DNA of 64,000 nt. Origin: Turneriella sp. Lineage in GTDB: Bacteria; Spirochaetota; Leptospiria; Turneriellales; Turneriellaceae. Positions 44,418-54,841 of this stretch are shown piece after piece. Location: assembly GCA_965279515.1 (NCBI GenBank), contig CBDIID010000003.1, forward strand, positions 480,001-544,000. The letters run 5' to 3'. The translations under genes were made by a program, and so were the position numbers. Within the stretch, counting starts at the first letter, position 1; each line of letters opens with the position of its first letter. The notes below the pieces were generated by a model. That model was not told the origin of the DNA. It did no database searches and saw only the letters and a list, made by a program, of their open reading frames with translations.

Positions 44418-45367
44418 ATTTCCACGTAATGCGTTTTAAATGGTTTAACCTGAGCTTTTCGACGATCCTGCTTGTCGGCCTTTTGGTCGTTACATTCCAG
44501 AAGTTCGGTGGCTTCGCGCTGAGCATTGATTTTGCCGGTGGTATCAAACTCGAACTCAAAAAAGCCGAGGGTCTCACCGCTGAATCACTCCGCACCTTTC
44601 TTGAAAAAGAACAAATCAGCGCCACGGTGCAGCTTGTCGACAAGGCATCGGGCGATCGCATGAAGATTGAAATCGGCGGCAAAGCGCAACAAGACCTGAC
44701 ACAACGTGCAGAGAATACGCGCAAAGAACTCGAAGCCGCTGGTTACCCTGTAAACGCCATCGATTACACCAAATATCTGATCCAGACAAAACTTTTGCCT
44801 GCGAAAGCCGCGAAGATTGATTTCTCTGCGGCAGAACAGGTCGGGCCGACGATCGGTAAATACCTGCAAACGAATGCGCTCTATCTCGTGGGGATTGCCC
44901 TCTTGCTGATCACGATCTATGTCGCGTTCCGCTTTCGTTTGAATTTTGCCTTAGGCGCCCTTATCGCATCGGTGCACGACCTCATCATCACGGTCGGCGT
45001 GATTGGAGTTTTCCAGATACCCCTCTCGGTACCGGTCGTCGCCGCGCTGCTGACCATCCTCGGTTATTCCATCAACGATACAATTGTGATCTTTGACCGT
45101 ATCCGCGAGAATATCCATGGCCAGGAAGAGCTCGGAATCGAACACGTGGTCGATAAATCGATCATGCAGTCGCTCACGCGGACGATCAATACCACGGGAA
45201 CGACGCTCATCTCTATCATACCCATCTATCTTTTTGGCGACGACAGCCTCAAAGACCTCGCGAAGGTATTGATTTTCGGAATTCTGATCGGTACATATTC
45301 TTCTAACTTTGTCGCAGCCCCGATTGTCGTGATCTGGGATAACCTTATGAAACGGAGGGCAGCATGA
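44414..45367 (+). CDS. secF: Protein translocase subunit SecF
   Basis: IDFAGG and GYSINDTIVIFDRIRE. Confidence 0.96.
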   Translation: MNFHVMRFKWFNLSFSTILLVGLLVVTFQKFGGFALSIDFAGGIKLELKKAEGLTAESLRTFLEKEQISATVQLVDKASGDRMKIEIGGKAQQDLTQRAENTRKELEAAGYPVNAIDYTKYLIQTKLLPAKAAKIDFSAAEQVGPTIGKYLQTNALYLVGIALLLITIYVAFRFRLNFALGALIASVHDLIITVGVIGVFQIPLSVPVVAALLTILGYSINDTIVIFDRIRENIHGQEELGIEHVVDKSIMQSLTRTINTTGTTLISIIPIYLFGDDSLKDLAKVLIFGILIGTYSSNFVAAPIVVIWDNLMKRRAA

Positions 45368-46491
45368 AACTGGCCGTCGCAAAAGAAACTATTACCGGTG
45401 AAAAGCGTGTCGCGCTGATTCCGGAGAGCATTAAGAAACTCAAAGCCAAAGGATTTACCATTGCCGTGGAGCACGGCGCGGGTGCAGGCTCTTTCATTTC
45501 CGACAAGGATTTTGAAGAGGCTGGTGCAGAACTCGTCAGCGCCGCCGACCTTAAATCGGCAGACGCCATTCTCAAGGTTCGCCCGCCCTCAACACAGGAA
45601 ATCGATTCTTATAAAGACGGCGGCTGGATTTTTGCAACACTCGACCCGATCAATAAAGCAGAAAATATCGCGGCGTATGAGAAGAAAAAGTCCACGGCCT
45701 TCGCCATGGAATTCATCCCCCGCATCACGCTCGCGCAATCGATGGACGTATTGAGCTCCATGGCATCGATCGCCGGTTACCGCGCCGTGCTGATGGCATC
45801 ACAGGAATTCGATCGCTTCTTTCCGATGCTCATGACTGCAGCCGGCACAATTTCACCCGCAAAAGCCTTTGTGCTGGGCGCCGGCGTCGCCGGTCTTCAG
45901 GCCATCGCCACGGCGAAACGCCTGGGTGCGGTCGTTGAGGCCTTTGACGTACGCGCGGCGGCCGCTGAACAGGTGGAAAGTCTAGGCGCCAAATTCGTGA
46001 AAATGGAAATTACCGAAAACCTGCAGGACGAACAGGGTTATGCGAAAGAAGCATCTCCTGAATTTATCGCCCGGCAGAAAGAACTGCTGCATAAACATAT
46101 CGCAAAATCAGATATTGTTATTACCACGGCGGCCATTTTCGGAAAAAAAGCACCGATCCTTATCGAAGATTATATGGTGAAGAGCATGAAACCAGGTTCG
46201 GTGATCATCGACCTCGCATCAGAAACCGGTGGTAACTGCACGCTGACAAAACACGGCGAGACGGTGGAAGTGGACGGCGTGAGAATTTTCGCCCCCGCGA
46301 ATATCACATCGACGATGGCAAGCGCGGCAAGCCGCATGCTCTCGAAAAACATGGAAAACCTGCTCGTGTATCTTTTCGAAAACGGTGCCCTGGCGCGCGA
46401 TTTTGCGACGGATGAAATTCTAAAGCGCAGCGTCATCACACGCGAAGGCGTGCTGGTTTCTGAAATCGTCAAAAAGGCAACCGGTAAATAG
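45364..46491 (+). CDS. pntA: NAD(P) transhydrogenase alpha subunit, part 1
   Basis: EKRVALIP, PRITLAQSMDVLSS, GAGVAGLQA. Confidence 0.93.
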   Translation: MKLAVAKETITGEKRVALIPESIKKLKAKGFTIAVEHGAGAGSFISDKDFEEAGAELVSAADLKSADAILKVRPPSTQEIDSYKDGGWIFATLDPINKAENIAAYEKKKSTAFAMEFIPRITLAQSMDVLSSMASIAGYRAVLMASQEFDRFFPMLMTAAGTISPAKAFVLGAGVAGLQAIATAKRLGAVVEAFDVRAAAAEQVESLGAKFVKMEITENLQDEQGYAKEASPEFIARQKELLHKHIAKSDIVITTAAIFGKKAPILIEDYMVKSMKPGSVIIDLASETGGNCTLTKHGETVEVDGVRIFAPANITSTMASAASRMLSKNMENLLVYLFENGALARDFATDEILKRSVITREGVLVSEIVKKATGK

Positions 46492-46499
46492 GAGAAAAC

Positions 46500-46820
46500 A
46501 TGGATATCTTAGCTCCCCTCTACATTTTTATCCTCGCGGCCTTCGTGGGTTACAATGTCATCCACAAAGTTCCGCCCCTGCTCCACACGCCGCTGATGTC
46601 GGCCACCAACGCGATTTCGGCGATCTCTGTCGTCGGAGCGATTATCGTCGCGGGCATGGAACACTCAGGCGGTGATTCACCGACCCTCGCCATCATTATG
46701 GCGGTCGTGGCAGTTGCTGCTGCGATGACAAACGTGGTCGGCGGATTTTTGATCACCGACCGCATGCTGAGAATGTTCAAAAAAGATAAGCCTGCAGCAA
46801 CTGAAGAAGGCAAAAAATGA
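46500..46820 (+). CDS. pntA: NAD(P) transhydrogenase alpha subunit, part 2 (membrane)
   Basis: LHTPLMSATNAIS and GGFLITDRML. Confidence 0.93.
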   Translation: MDILAPLYIFILAAFVGYNVIHKVPPLLHTPLMSATNAISAISVVGAIIVAGMEHSGGDSPTLAIIMAVVAVAAAMTNVVGGFLITDRMLRMFKKDKPAATEEGKK

Positions 46821-48253
46821 TCGATAACTACGTAAGAAAACTTTTCACTTCATTCGCCGGCGATCAGGAAATCCGCCTGATCATCGGTATCGCCTACCTG
46901 GTTGCATCGGTATTCTTTATCATGGGCCTCAAGTTCATGAGCTCGCCGCGCACCGCGCGCCGCGGTATGTTTATGGCTGAGGCCGGTATGGCGCTCGCGA
47001 TCGTGACAACGCTGCTCGACCAGGAAATTATCAGCCTCGAATGGATCATTATTGGTCTCTTCATCGGCTCGATCGCCGGCTATATCATGGCAATCTATAC
47101 GCCGATGACGGCGATGCCGCAACGGACTGCGCTTTCACACGCTTTCGGCGCCTTGGCCGCGATGCTCGTCGGTGTGACCAAATATTATACAGGCCACGTC
47201 AAAGGCGACGATCACGGTGTGATGATTGCTATTGGCCTTGAAGTGCTTTTGGGTGCGATGACATTCACCGGCTCGATGATTGCCTTCGGAAAATTGCAGG
47301 GCACCCTACCGGGAGCCCCCATCCAGTACAAGGGCCAGAACATTATCAATTTTGTCATTATCGGCGTACTCGTTGGGTCGTTTGGCTATCTGGTTTATAA
47401 TCCGGGCGCCTCGATGTTGTTCTATGTCCTCGCGGGAGTTTCGCTCGTTTTCGGTGTCAGTTTGGTACTGCCCATCGGTGCGGCGGATATGCCGGTGGTC
47501 ATGTCACTCCTTAACGCGTATGCGGGTCTTGCCGGTTGCGCGACAGGTTTTGCGCTCAATAACAATGTTCTCATTATTGCAGGTGCTCTCGACGGCGCGT
47601 CAGGGGTCATCCTTTCGATTATCATGACCAAAGCGATGAACCGCTCCATGACCAATGTTCTTTTTGGTGGCTTTGGTGCTGTTGCCGAAGTTGCGGAAGC
47701 CCGTGAAATGAAAGGCACTATTAAGAGCCAGTCAGCCGAAGAAGCGGCCTCGATTCTTGACATTGCCGACAGGGTGATCATCGTTCCGGGTTACGGTATG
47801 GCCGTCTCCCAGGCGCAGCATAGCTGTAAGAAACTCGTGGATTACCTCATTAAAAAAGGTAAGACCGTGCGTTTTGCCATCCACCCTGTTGCCGGCCGTA
47901 TGCCGGGTCACATGAACGTTCTGCTCGCCGAGGCGGGTGTCGACTATGACCTGCTCTGCGATATGGAGTCGATCAACGACGATTTCGGCACCACCGATGT
48001 TTCGATCGTCATCGGCGCCAACGACGTTGTGAACCCTGCCGCGAAAGACGATAAGGCGAGCCCGATCTATGGCATGCCGATTCTGAACGTCGATGCGTCG
48101 CGTACCGTCATGGTACTCAAGCGCGGTATGAACCCTGGTTTTTCGGGAATTGAAAACGAGCTCTTCTACAAAGACAATTGCGTCATGGTTTTTGGTGATG
48201 CGAAGAAGACCCTCGACGGTTTCGTCGCGGGTCTTGTCGAGCTCGACCAGTAG
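46817..48253 (+). CDS. pntB: NAD(P) transhydrogenase beta subunit
   Basis: HPVAGRMPGHMNVLLAEA and GANDVVNP. Confidence 0.96.
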   Translation: MIDNYVRKLFTSFAGDQEIRLIIGIAYLVASVFFIMGLKFMSSPRTARRGMFMAEAGMALAIVTTLLDQEIISLEWIIIGLFIGSIAGYIMAIYTPMTAMPQRTALSHAFGALAAMLVGVTKYYTGHVKGDDHGVMIAIGLEVLLGAMTFTGSMIAFGKLQGTLPGAPIQYKGQNIINFVIIGVLVGSFGYLVYNPGASMLFYVLAGVSLVFGVSLVLPIGAADMPVVMSLLNAYAGLAGCATGFALNNNVLIIAGALDGASGVILSIIMTKAMNRSMTNVLFGGFGAVAEVAEAREMKGTIKSQSAEEAASILDIADRVIIVPGYGMAVSQAQHSCKKLVDYLIKKGKTVRFAIHPVAGRMPGHMNVLLAEAGVDYDLLCDMESINDDFGTTDVSIVIGANDVVNPAAKDDKASPIYGMPILNVDASRTVMVLKRGMNPGFSGIENELFYKDNCVMVFGDAKKTLDGFVAGLVELDQ

Positions 48254-48333
48254 GAGCCAATTGCAGCAGACCGCTCTTGCGGTCTGGCGTTTCTTCGAAA
48301 CGCTAGCCTACGGGCGACTGCGATTGGCTCGTA

Positions 48334-49383
48334 TCAAACCCACGCCATCGTCGGCGGTATAAACTCAGAAAGCGGTGCAGGGATAATTTCCCCGCCCGCT
48401 TCGAGAGCTTTACTCAGCCGCACGTGGCAGTGCTCGAGAAACAAGACAAAATCCGGCTGGTCGATTAAGAGCTGAATCTCAGCAACGGCATGCAGTTTAT
48501 CGAGCCCCTTCGCCAGCAGCGAATGCGCACCGAGTAGATTCGGTACCGTAAAAATCTTGTAGAAGGCCATCGCCACCTGGATCATTGCGTGAAAAAAAAT
48601 CCGCAGTGAACCCGGTGGCATCTCATGCCAGAACATCTCCCACACCTCGTGCGCTTCCCAGTAGCGGCGTTCGTGAAAGGCCAGCCAGCCGAGCTTGAAG
48701 CCCAGCGGCCAGGCTGCAAGGTCGCGTTTTTTCTCTACCCGTTTTCGGAATTCATCGGGGCTGATATCCTCAAAGCGTTCACCCAGAACTTGCGAGAACT
48801 TTTCAAACACAACCGGTAAAGCCGGGGCGGCAATGAAATCGGCCATGCGGGTCATTGGTAAAGTGAGGCCGCAGGATTGAATGGCGCGGAAATCATTCAG
48901 TTCGTTCGCAGCATTCAGCGAAATGCCATGGTAAATGAAGTTTTTTTTCAAACCGAGGCCGATAAAAGCGATTTTTCCCCGATCTGTGAATATACCGCTC
49001 GCCCCCGGTGAAAAGTTCACAGCGATATTCATATCGAGCAGTGTTTCCGCAAGCGCGGCTTCGAGCACGCGCACGAATCTCTCGAGTCCGCCTTCCACGG
49101 CCTTTAACGGAAAAGTAAAATAGACCACGAGCTGGCCCGGGTTATGCAAGGTGACAGATCCACCGCGGCGGGCGGGCTGCAGCTTCACCGAAGGGTCGAG
49201 AATGTGGCCGGCTTCGGTTTTAAGGCCTGTGGTATAGACGAGCGGGTGTTCGAGGCCCCAGATGTGCGCGGTGTCTTCGGCGGAATCGGCGATGGTTTTT
49301 TCCATGAGTGCCACGGCTTCGGCATACGCGATAGATCCTATAAATTCGGAATGGATTTTAAGTGGAAATTTAAGAACGTTCAA
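48334..49383 (-). CDS. lipB: Octanoyltransferase LipB fused to a C-terminal DUF309-like domain
   Basis: EHPLVYTTG, RGGSVTLHNPGQLV, KIAFIG, HGISLN; C-terminal YWEAHEVWE..IQVA. Confidence 0.85.
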   Translation of the reverse strand: MNVLKFPLKIHSEFIGSIAYAEAVALMEKTIADSAEDTAHIWGLEHPLVYTTGLKTEAGHILDPSVKLQPARRGGSVTLHNPGQLVVYFTFPLKAVEGGLERFVRVLEAALAETLLDMNIAVNFSPGASGIFTDRGKIAFIGLGLKKNFIYHGISLNAANELNDFRAIQSCGLTLPMTRMADFIAAPALPVVFEKFSQVLGERFEDISPDEFRKRVEKKRDLAAWPLGFKLGWLAFHERRYWEAHEVWEMFWHEMPPGSLRIFFHAMIQVAMAFYKIFTVPNLLGAHSLLAKGLDKLHAVAEIQLLIDQPDFVLFLEHCHVRLSKALEAGGEIIPAPLSEFIPPTMAWV

Positions 49384-49447
49384 CTCCCTGCCTGTCCGGA
49401 TTAGGAACGCAGGGAGTCAAATAGTTCAAAGCAAACGTTCAGAGATT

Positions 49448-49510
49448 TACCAAGGCGACACGGTGAGCACGGGGTTCTTCCGCCGTGTTCTCCGTGCGCG
49501 CCGTGGTTAG
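49448..49510. repeat. Imperfect intergenic palindrome (REP-like)
   Basis: ACCAAGGCGACACGGTGAGCACGG paired with CCGTGTTCTCCGTGCGCGCCGTGGT. Confidence 0.55.
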
Positions 49511-49578
49511 CCGTTTCTGTGGCCTTCGGCCAGCGGCTCGCCATCCATGGCGCCGCCGGCCCTGCGACATCCCTGTCG

Positions 49579-49947
49579 CTAGGCAGCTTGCTTGACGAAC
49601 TCGGGGTCTGGCCGACGCTTGAGGTCAGACACCGTGATCGCCCGTGCGATCAGCTTGAACGTCGAGCGTGTTTTACCGTCGGGGGTTTTCCAGCGGCGCT
49701 GGGTCAGCGTTCCCATGAGCACAATCTCCATGCCTTTTTTCAGGCGCGGCGCATTGTAGTCGGCGAGCCTTTCCCATGCCTCGACGTCGATAAAATTCGA
49801 TGTCGACCCTGCGTCATCGGTCTTATTCGCTGTGTTGTACGCGAACGGGAAGTTCATGACGAGCTTACCGGTTGTTGTGGTTTTGAGCACGGGGTCCTTG
49901 ACGAGACGGCCCACGAACTGCTGGATATTCATTCGACTGTTAAACAT
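49579..49947 (-). CDS. ssb: Single-stranded DNA-binding protein (short form)
   Basis: VGRLVKDP, FIDVEAW..LA, LKKG, DGKTRS. Confidence 0.88.
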   Translation of the reverse strand: MFNSRMNIQQFVGRLVKDPVLKTTTTGKLVMNFPFAYNTANKTDDAGSTSNFIDVEAWERLADYNAPRLKKGMEIVLMGTLTQRRWKTPDGKTRSTFKLIARAITVSDLKRRPDPEFVKQAA

Positions 49948-50107
49948 TTTTTCCTCTTGTTACACATTTTAGTTTGAGGGATTTCCCTCTATATATTAAA
50001 TACCAGCGAAGGCCGGTTTTTTCTCATATTCCTGCAAAAAAAAGGTGCCTTTGCGGTTCTGCGTTTTCTTGCCAAAAACGGCTAATAGGTGTATATTCAC
50101 GGTGAAA

Positions 50108-50356
50108 ATGGCGCACAATCTCGTGCTCTACCACTACGACGGCTGCGGTCCCTGCCGGCGCGTGAAAGATACTCTGAAAGAGTTGGGACTCAATATTGAA
50201 TGGCGCGACATACACCAAAGCGAAGCAGCCTTGAACGAACTTTTAACCGTGGGCAAATTGCAACAGGTACCCTGCCTTTTCATTGATGGCAAACCGCTAT
50301 ATGAATCCGCTGATATTATCCGCTGGTTGCGCGAGAATTACGGCAAGGCAGCATAA
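50108..50356 (+). CDS. Glutaredoxin (dithiol, CGPC)
   Basis: CGPC and QVPCLFIDG..YESADII. Confidence 0.85.
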   Translation: MAHNLVLYHYDGCGPCRRVKDTLKELGLNIEWRDIHQSEAALNELLTVGKLQQVPCLFIDGKPLYESADIIRWLRENYGKAA

Positions 50357-50358
50357 CC

Positions 50359-50586
50359 ATGGTTGATCCGCAGGAAATCCACCGTCTGATCTTAGAGGCC
50401 TTGCCGGGCGCGACGGTTGAGGTTCTCGACCCCATGAACGACGGCGACCATCTGCAGGCGACAGTCATCTCTGATAAATTTGTGGGATTACCCCTCGTGA
50501 AGCAGCACAAGATCGTTATGGAAGCCCTGCGCGAGCCTCTGCAAGGCCGCCTGCACGCATTACAACTTAAGACAATGACACCATAA
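50359..50586 (+). CDS. bolA: BolA/IbaG family protein
   Basis: [22 protein letters not shown]. Confidence 0.9.
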   Translation: MVDPQEIHRLILEALPGATVEVLDPMNDGDHLQATVISDKFVGLPLVKQHKIVMEALREPLQGRLHALQLKTMTP

Positions 50587-50597
50587 AGCAGGAAAAA

Positions 50598-50909
50598 ATG
50601 ACAACAGAAGAAATGAAAGAAAAAATCGCACAGGATGTAAAAGAAAACCCCGTTGTGCTGTTTATGAAAGGCAACAAGGAATTCCCCCAGTGCGGTTTTT
50701 CGGCGCGCGTGGTGCAGATTCTGAACCAGCACGAGGCAAATTTTGTGACGCGCGACGTGCTGGCCGACCCGGTGCTGCGCGAGGCCATCAAACAATTCTC
50801 TGACTGGCCAACGCTGCCGCAACTCTACATCAAAGGCGAATTTGTCGGCGGCTGCGACATTGTAACAGAAATGGCGCAGAAGAACGAGCTCGCAGCGCTT
50901 TTGAAATAG
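50598..50909 (+). CDS. grxD: Monothiol glutaredoxin Grx4
   Basis: [19 protein letters not shown]. Confidence 0.95.
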   Translation: MTTEEMKEKIAQDVKENPVVLFMKGNKEFPQCGFSARVVQILNQHEANFVTRDVLADPVLREAIKQFSDWPTLPQLYIKGEFVGGCDIVTEMAQKNELAALLK

Positions 50910-50913
50910 GCCT

Positions 50914-52164
50914 GTGAACGCTTTGCTGCAAAAAAAGATCATCGCGGCATTGCCGCGCATCGAAGAGTGGCTGCATTCTTTAGAGCAAGATGTACCCTTG
51001 TTCATGTCTGCCGACATCCGCGACGCCGGGTTTAAGGTTGCCTCGATTGATGCCAACCTTTACCCCGCAGGCTTCAACAACCTGCATGAGGATTTCCATC
51101 CGCTGGCAGTGGAAAACCTGAGGGCAGGCCTTTTACACTATGGTGTGAAACCCGGCAGCCGCGTACTCATTATCAGCGAAGAGCATACACGCAACCTGTT
51201 CTACCTCGAAAACATTCATGTACTCAAATCCCTGATTGAAAAAGCCGGGTACACGGCAGATGTTGCTACTGCATTCGAACTTGAGGAAGAACTCTACAAG
51301 GACAACGCGGCGCATCTGCAGAGTGCACGCGGCAATGTCGTCAGCCTCATGAACCCTGTCTATGCGGCAACGCGTCTCGGCGACTATGCGGCCATCGTGA
51401 TGAACCATGATTCTTCTGCCGGTACCCCCGCCTGGATACAGAACGCCACAATTCCCGTATTGCCGGCATGGCAGGCGGGTTGGCATACACGCAGCAAGGC
51501 GCGGCATTTTGCCCATTATAAGCTGCTGATGAATGAGCTCGCCGGTATCGTCGGCGTCGATCCGTGGTTTTTCTCGCCGCTCGACGCGCATATCACGGGC
51601 GTCGACATCAATGCCGACGCTTCGCGCGCTGACATCGGCGCCAAGGCTGAAATCCTGCTGAAAGAAATTCAGGCAAAGTACGACGAGTACCAGATTCAGG
51701 AAAAGCCTTTTGTCTTTCTGAAATCCGACCACGGCACGTATGGCATGGCGATGTTGTCGTTCGATAACGCCGCGGAAATTCTCGACATCAACCGCAAAGA
51801 GAAGAACAAGCTCTTCAAGGGCAAAAGCTCGGTGGTTGTGAAAGACTATTTGCTGCAGGAAGGCGTGCCGACGATCGTGAAAGACGGTTCGTATTACGCC
51901 GAAAGCGTGATCATGCTTGCGAACAATCACTTCATTGGCAAATTTGCCCGTGTGAACGAACAAAAGGACGCACGTACCAGCCTCAACAGTACAGGCATGT
52001 ATTTCAAACCGCTGCCCCTTGCCGAATGCCAGAATGACGAAACGATCGTTGCCACGCTGATCACCCGCGTTGCCGGAATCGCCTTGCAGAGAGAGATCGG
52101 CGAATTGGTTACGCCCGAGGACAAGGACGTCCCGGGTCTGCGCGGCGCACGAAGCGCCTCTTAG
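50914..52164 (+). CDS. gshA: Divergent ATP-grasp-type glutamate-cysteine ligase
   Basis: SADIRDAGFK..DANLYPAGFNNL, EEHTRN, GTYGM, QEGV; adjacent to gshB. Confidence 0.85.
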   Translation: MNALLQKKIIAALPRIEEWLHSLEQDVPLFMSADIRDAGFKVASIDANLYPAGFNNLHEDFHPLAVENLRAGLLHYGVKPGSRVLIISEEHTRNLFYLENIHVLKSLIEKAGYTADVATAFELEEELYKDNAAHLQSARGNVVSLMNPVYAATRLGDYAAIVMNHDSSAGTPAWIQNATIPVLPAWQAGWHTRSKARHFAHYKLLMNELAGIVGVDPWFFSPLDAHITGVDINADASRADIGAKAEILLKEIQAKYDEYQIQEKPFVFLKSDHGTYGMAMLSFDNAAEILDINRKEKNKLFKGKSSVVVKDYLLQEGVPTIVKDGSYYAESVIMLANNHFIGKFARVNEQKDARTSLNSTGMYFKPLPLAECQNDETIVATLITRVAGIALQREIGELVTPEDKDVPGLRGARSAS

Positions 52165-52175
52165 CGCAGACCACG

Positions 52176-53108
52176 ATGAACCTTGCTTTTCTGATCGACC
52201 CGCCTGAATCTCTGCACATCGAGAAAGATACCTCGTTTGCGCTGATGCTCGAGGCGCAGAAACGCGGCCACAGTATTTACGTGCTTGAGCGCGGCGACCT
52301 CAGCCTCAGTGAGGGAGAATTAACCACACGGGCGCGCGCAGCCAATGTTGTCGATCATCCGGAACATCCTTTTACGTTATCCGCTCACCAAAACCACAGC
52401 GCCGACTTCTTTGATATTCTGTTTATCCGCACAGACCCTCCCTTTAATACAGATTATATTACCGACACCTGGCTGCTTTCGCAAGCCGGCAAGAAACCGG
52501 TGGTTCTGAACAGCCCGCATGGCCTGCGTACCATCAACGAGAAGATCTGGGCGGCGCAGTTTTCGGACTTCACGCCGACCACGCTCATTACCGCTGATAT
52601 TTCAGAGTATAAAGAATTTTTACACAAACACGAAACCGTTGTGGTAAAACCCACCGACGGTTTTGGCGGTTCGGCGGTTTTTATCGTCAAGGCCGGCGAC
52701 AAGAATGCGGCAGTCGTTTTTGAGACGTTGCAGAAGACAAGCCGCTATGTGATTGTGCAGGCTTATCTGCCGGCAGCCGTCGATGGCGACAAACGTATCC
52801 TGCTACTCAATGGCGAAATCTTAGGTGCTGTACTGCGCCACCACAGCGGCGAAGACCACCGCAACAATTTTGCGGCGGGCGGTAAGGCCCAGAAGGCACA
52901 CATCACCGCTACAGACAAGGCGATATGCGCGGCACTGAAACCCCACCTCAATCAACTGGGTATCTTTTTTGCTGGGATAGACATCATCGGGCGCAAGCTC
53001 ATCGAAGTCAACGTCACCTCGCCCACGTGCCTCAGGGAAATGCAGCGCTTTTATACTGAAAATCTTGCAGAGAAGGTCATCATCGCCGCTGAGAAAAAAG
53101 CGGCTTAA
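52176..53108 (+). CDS. gshB: Glutathione synthetase
   Basis: KDTS, RTDPPF, NEK, GDKRI, EVNVTSPT. Confidence 0.95.
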   Translation: MNLAFLIDPPESLHIEKDTSFALMLEAQKRGHSIYVLERGDLSLSEGELTTRARAANVVDHPEHPFTLSAHQNHSADFFDILFIRTDPPFNTDYITDTWLLSQAGKKPVVLNSPHGLRTINEKIWAAQFSDFTPTTLITADISEYKEFLHKHETVVVKPTDGFGGSAVFIVKAGDKNAAVVFETLQKTSRYVIVQAYLPAAVDGDKRILLLNGEILGAVLRHHSGEDHRNNFAAGGKAQKAHITATDKAICAALKPHLNQLGIFFAGIDIIGRKLIEVNVTSPTCLREMQRFYTENLAEKVIIAAEKKAA

Positions 53109-53114
53109 GGAAAT

Positions 53115-54035
53115 ATGAACGCTATTGAAATAAACGGACTCAAAAAGACTTATGGGGGCAAATTTGAAGCCCTGAAAGGCGTCGATCTCAACGTCACGGA
53201 GGGAGACTTCTTCGCCCTGCTCGGCCCCAACGGCGCGGGTAAATCGACGCTCATCGGCATTCTCGCCTCGCTCGTCATCAAGACCCAGGGGCTCGTCAAG
53301 ATAATGGGCGTCGATATCGACAAAGACAGTGCGCGCGCCAAATCGTTCCTCGGCCTGGTGCCGCAAGAGTTCAACCTCAACATTTTTGAGCCGCCGATGC
53401 AGATTCTCGTGAATCAGGCCGGCTATTATGGCATTCCGGTCAGCATCGCTAAAAAGCGCGCAGAAAAATACCTCACGCAGCTCGGCATCATGGATAAGGC
53501 CGAAACGCCGACGCGTATGCTCTCGGGCGGCATGAAACGCCGGCTGATGATCGCGCGCGCGCTCATCCACGAGCCGGCTATCCTCATCCTCGACGAGCCG
53601 ACGGCGGGTGTCGATATCGAACTCAGGAAACTGATTTGGAATTTCCTCGTCGAACGCAATGAGGCGGGTACGACGATTATTCTCACCACGCATTATCTCG
53701 AAGAGGCCGAAAATTTATGCCGCAATATCGCCATCATCGACAACGGCACCATCATCGCCAACACGCAGATGAAGAAGTTGTTATCGAAACTCGACCAGCA
53801 GACTTATCTCGTCGATCTCACCAAAGCCACTAAAAAAGCGCCTGCTTTGAAACACTTCACGGCGACGCGCGTCGACGACTACACGCTGGAGATTCCCGTG
53901 AAACGCGGGCAGCCCATGAATGCACTGTTCGCAGAATTCGCCACAAAAAAAATTGCGGTAGCAAACATCCGTGAAAAAACCAACAGGCTGGAGCAATTGT
54001 TCCTCGACCTCACAGGTAAGGCGAAAGTAGCATGA
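53115..54035 (+). CDS. ABC transporter ATP-binding protein (YadG-like)
   Basis: GPNGAGKS, LSGGMKRR, LDEPTAGVD. Confidence 0.93.
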   Translation: MNAIEINGLKKTYGGKFEALKGVDLNVTEGDFFALLGPNGAGKSTLIGILASLVIKTQGLVKIMGVDIDKDSARAKSFLGLVPQEFNLNIFEPPMQILVNQAGYYGIPVSIAKKRAEKYLTQLGIMDKAETPTRMLSGGMKRRLMIARALIHEPAILILDEPTAGVDIELRKLIWNFLVERNEAGTTIILTTHYLEEAENLCRNIAIIDNGTIIANTQMKKLLSKLDQQTYLVDLTKATKKAPALKHFTATRVDDYTLEIPVKRGQPMNALFAEFATKKIAVANIREKTNRLEQLFLDLTGKAKVA

Positions 54036-54808
54036 GCCGCGCTGATTTTATTGGCTTCTACACAATTCTCCGCAAGGAATACATCCGCATTGTGCGCATC
54101 TGGTCGCAGACGCTGTTGCCGCCAGTGATGAATGTCGCTCTCTACCTTTTGATCTTCGGCGCCTTCATGGGCACGCGCATCGGCAAGGTCGGAGAGAACT
54201 CGTATGCGAGCTTTATCATTCCGGGCCTGATTCTCATGGCGGTGATAACCAACGCCTACGGCAATGTCTCGACTTCATTCTTCAGTGCAAAATTCCAGAA
54301 GAACATCGAAGAGATTCTTGTCTCACCGATTCCCGAATGGCTGATCGTCTTGGGCTTCACGTTCGGCGGTATCATCCGCGGCACACTGGTTGCGCTTTGC
54401 GTCTTCCTCGTGGTGTTGATAGCCCCCGGCATCCAGCTCAAACTGCAGAATCCCGTGTTTGCTATCCTGCTTCTTTTTCTCACCGCATCGTTCTTCTCGC
54501 TTGCCGGACTCTTAAACGCGATGTTTGCGAAGAAGTTCGACGACGTCAGTTTCATACCGACGTTCGTACTGACGCCGCTGACCTACCTCGGCGGTATTTT
54601 TTACCCGCTTTCGAGCCTGCCTGAGCTTTGGCAAAAGATCGCAGCAGCGAACCCCATTCAGCATATCGTCAGTGCCTTGCGTTATGCCTTTCTCGGCACC
54701 TCTGATCTGCCCTGGTGGCCGGCTGTGCTGTTTCTGGTTGCGGGCAACGCCGTGCTCTACCTCATCTGCCTGCGCTACCTGAAAAAAGGTCTTGGGATCA
54801 GAAACTAG
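54032..54808 (+). CDS. ABC-2 permease (YadH-like)
   Basis: RIWSQTLLPP and LTPLTYLGGIFY. Confidence 0.92.
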   Translation: MSRADFIGFYTILRKEYIRIVRIWSQTLLPPVMNVALYLLIFGAFMGTRIGKVGENSYASFIIPGLILMAVITNAYGNVSTSFFSAKFQKNIEEILVSPIPEWLIVLGFTFGGIIRGTLVALCVFLVVLIAPGIQLKLQNPVFAILLLFLTASFFSLAGLLNAMFAKKFDDVSFIPTFVLTPLTYLGGIFYPLSSLPELWQKIAAANPIQHIVSALRYAFLGTSDLPWWPAVLFLVAGNAVLYLICLRYLKKGLGIRN

Positions 54809-54841
54809 ATGACAGGCCGCCGGGGCGGCTCGCGTTAGCCG

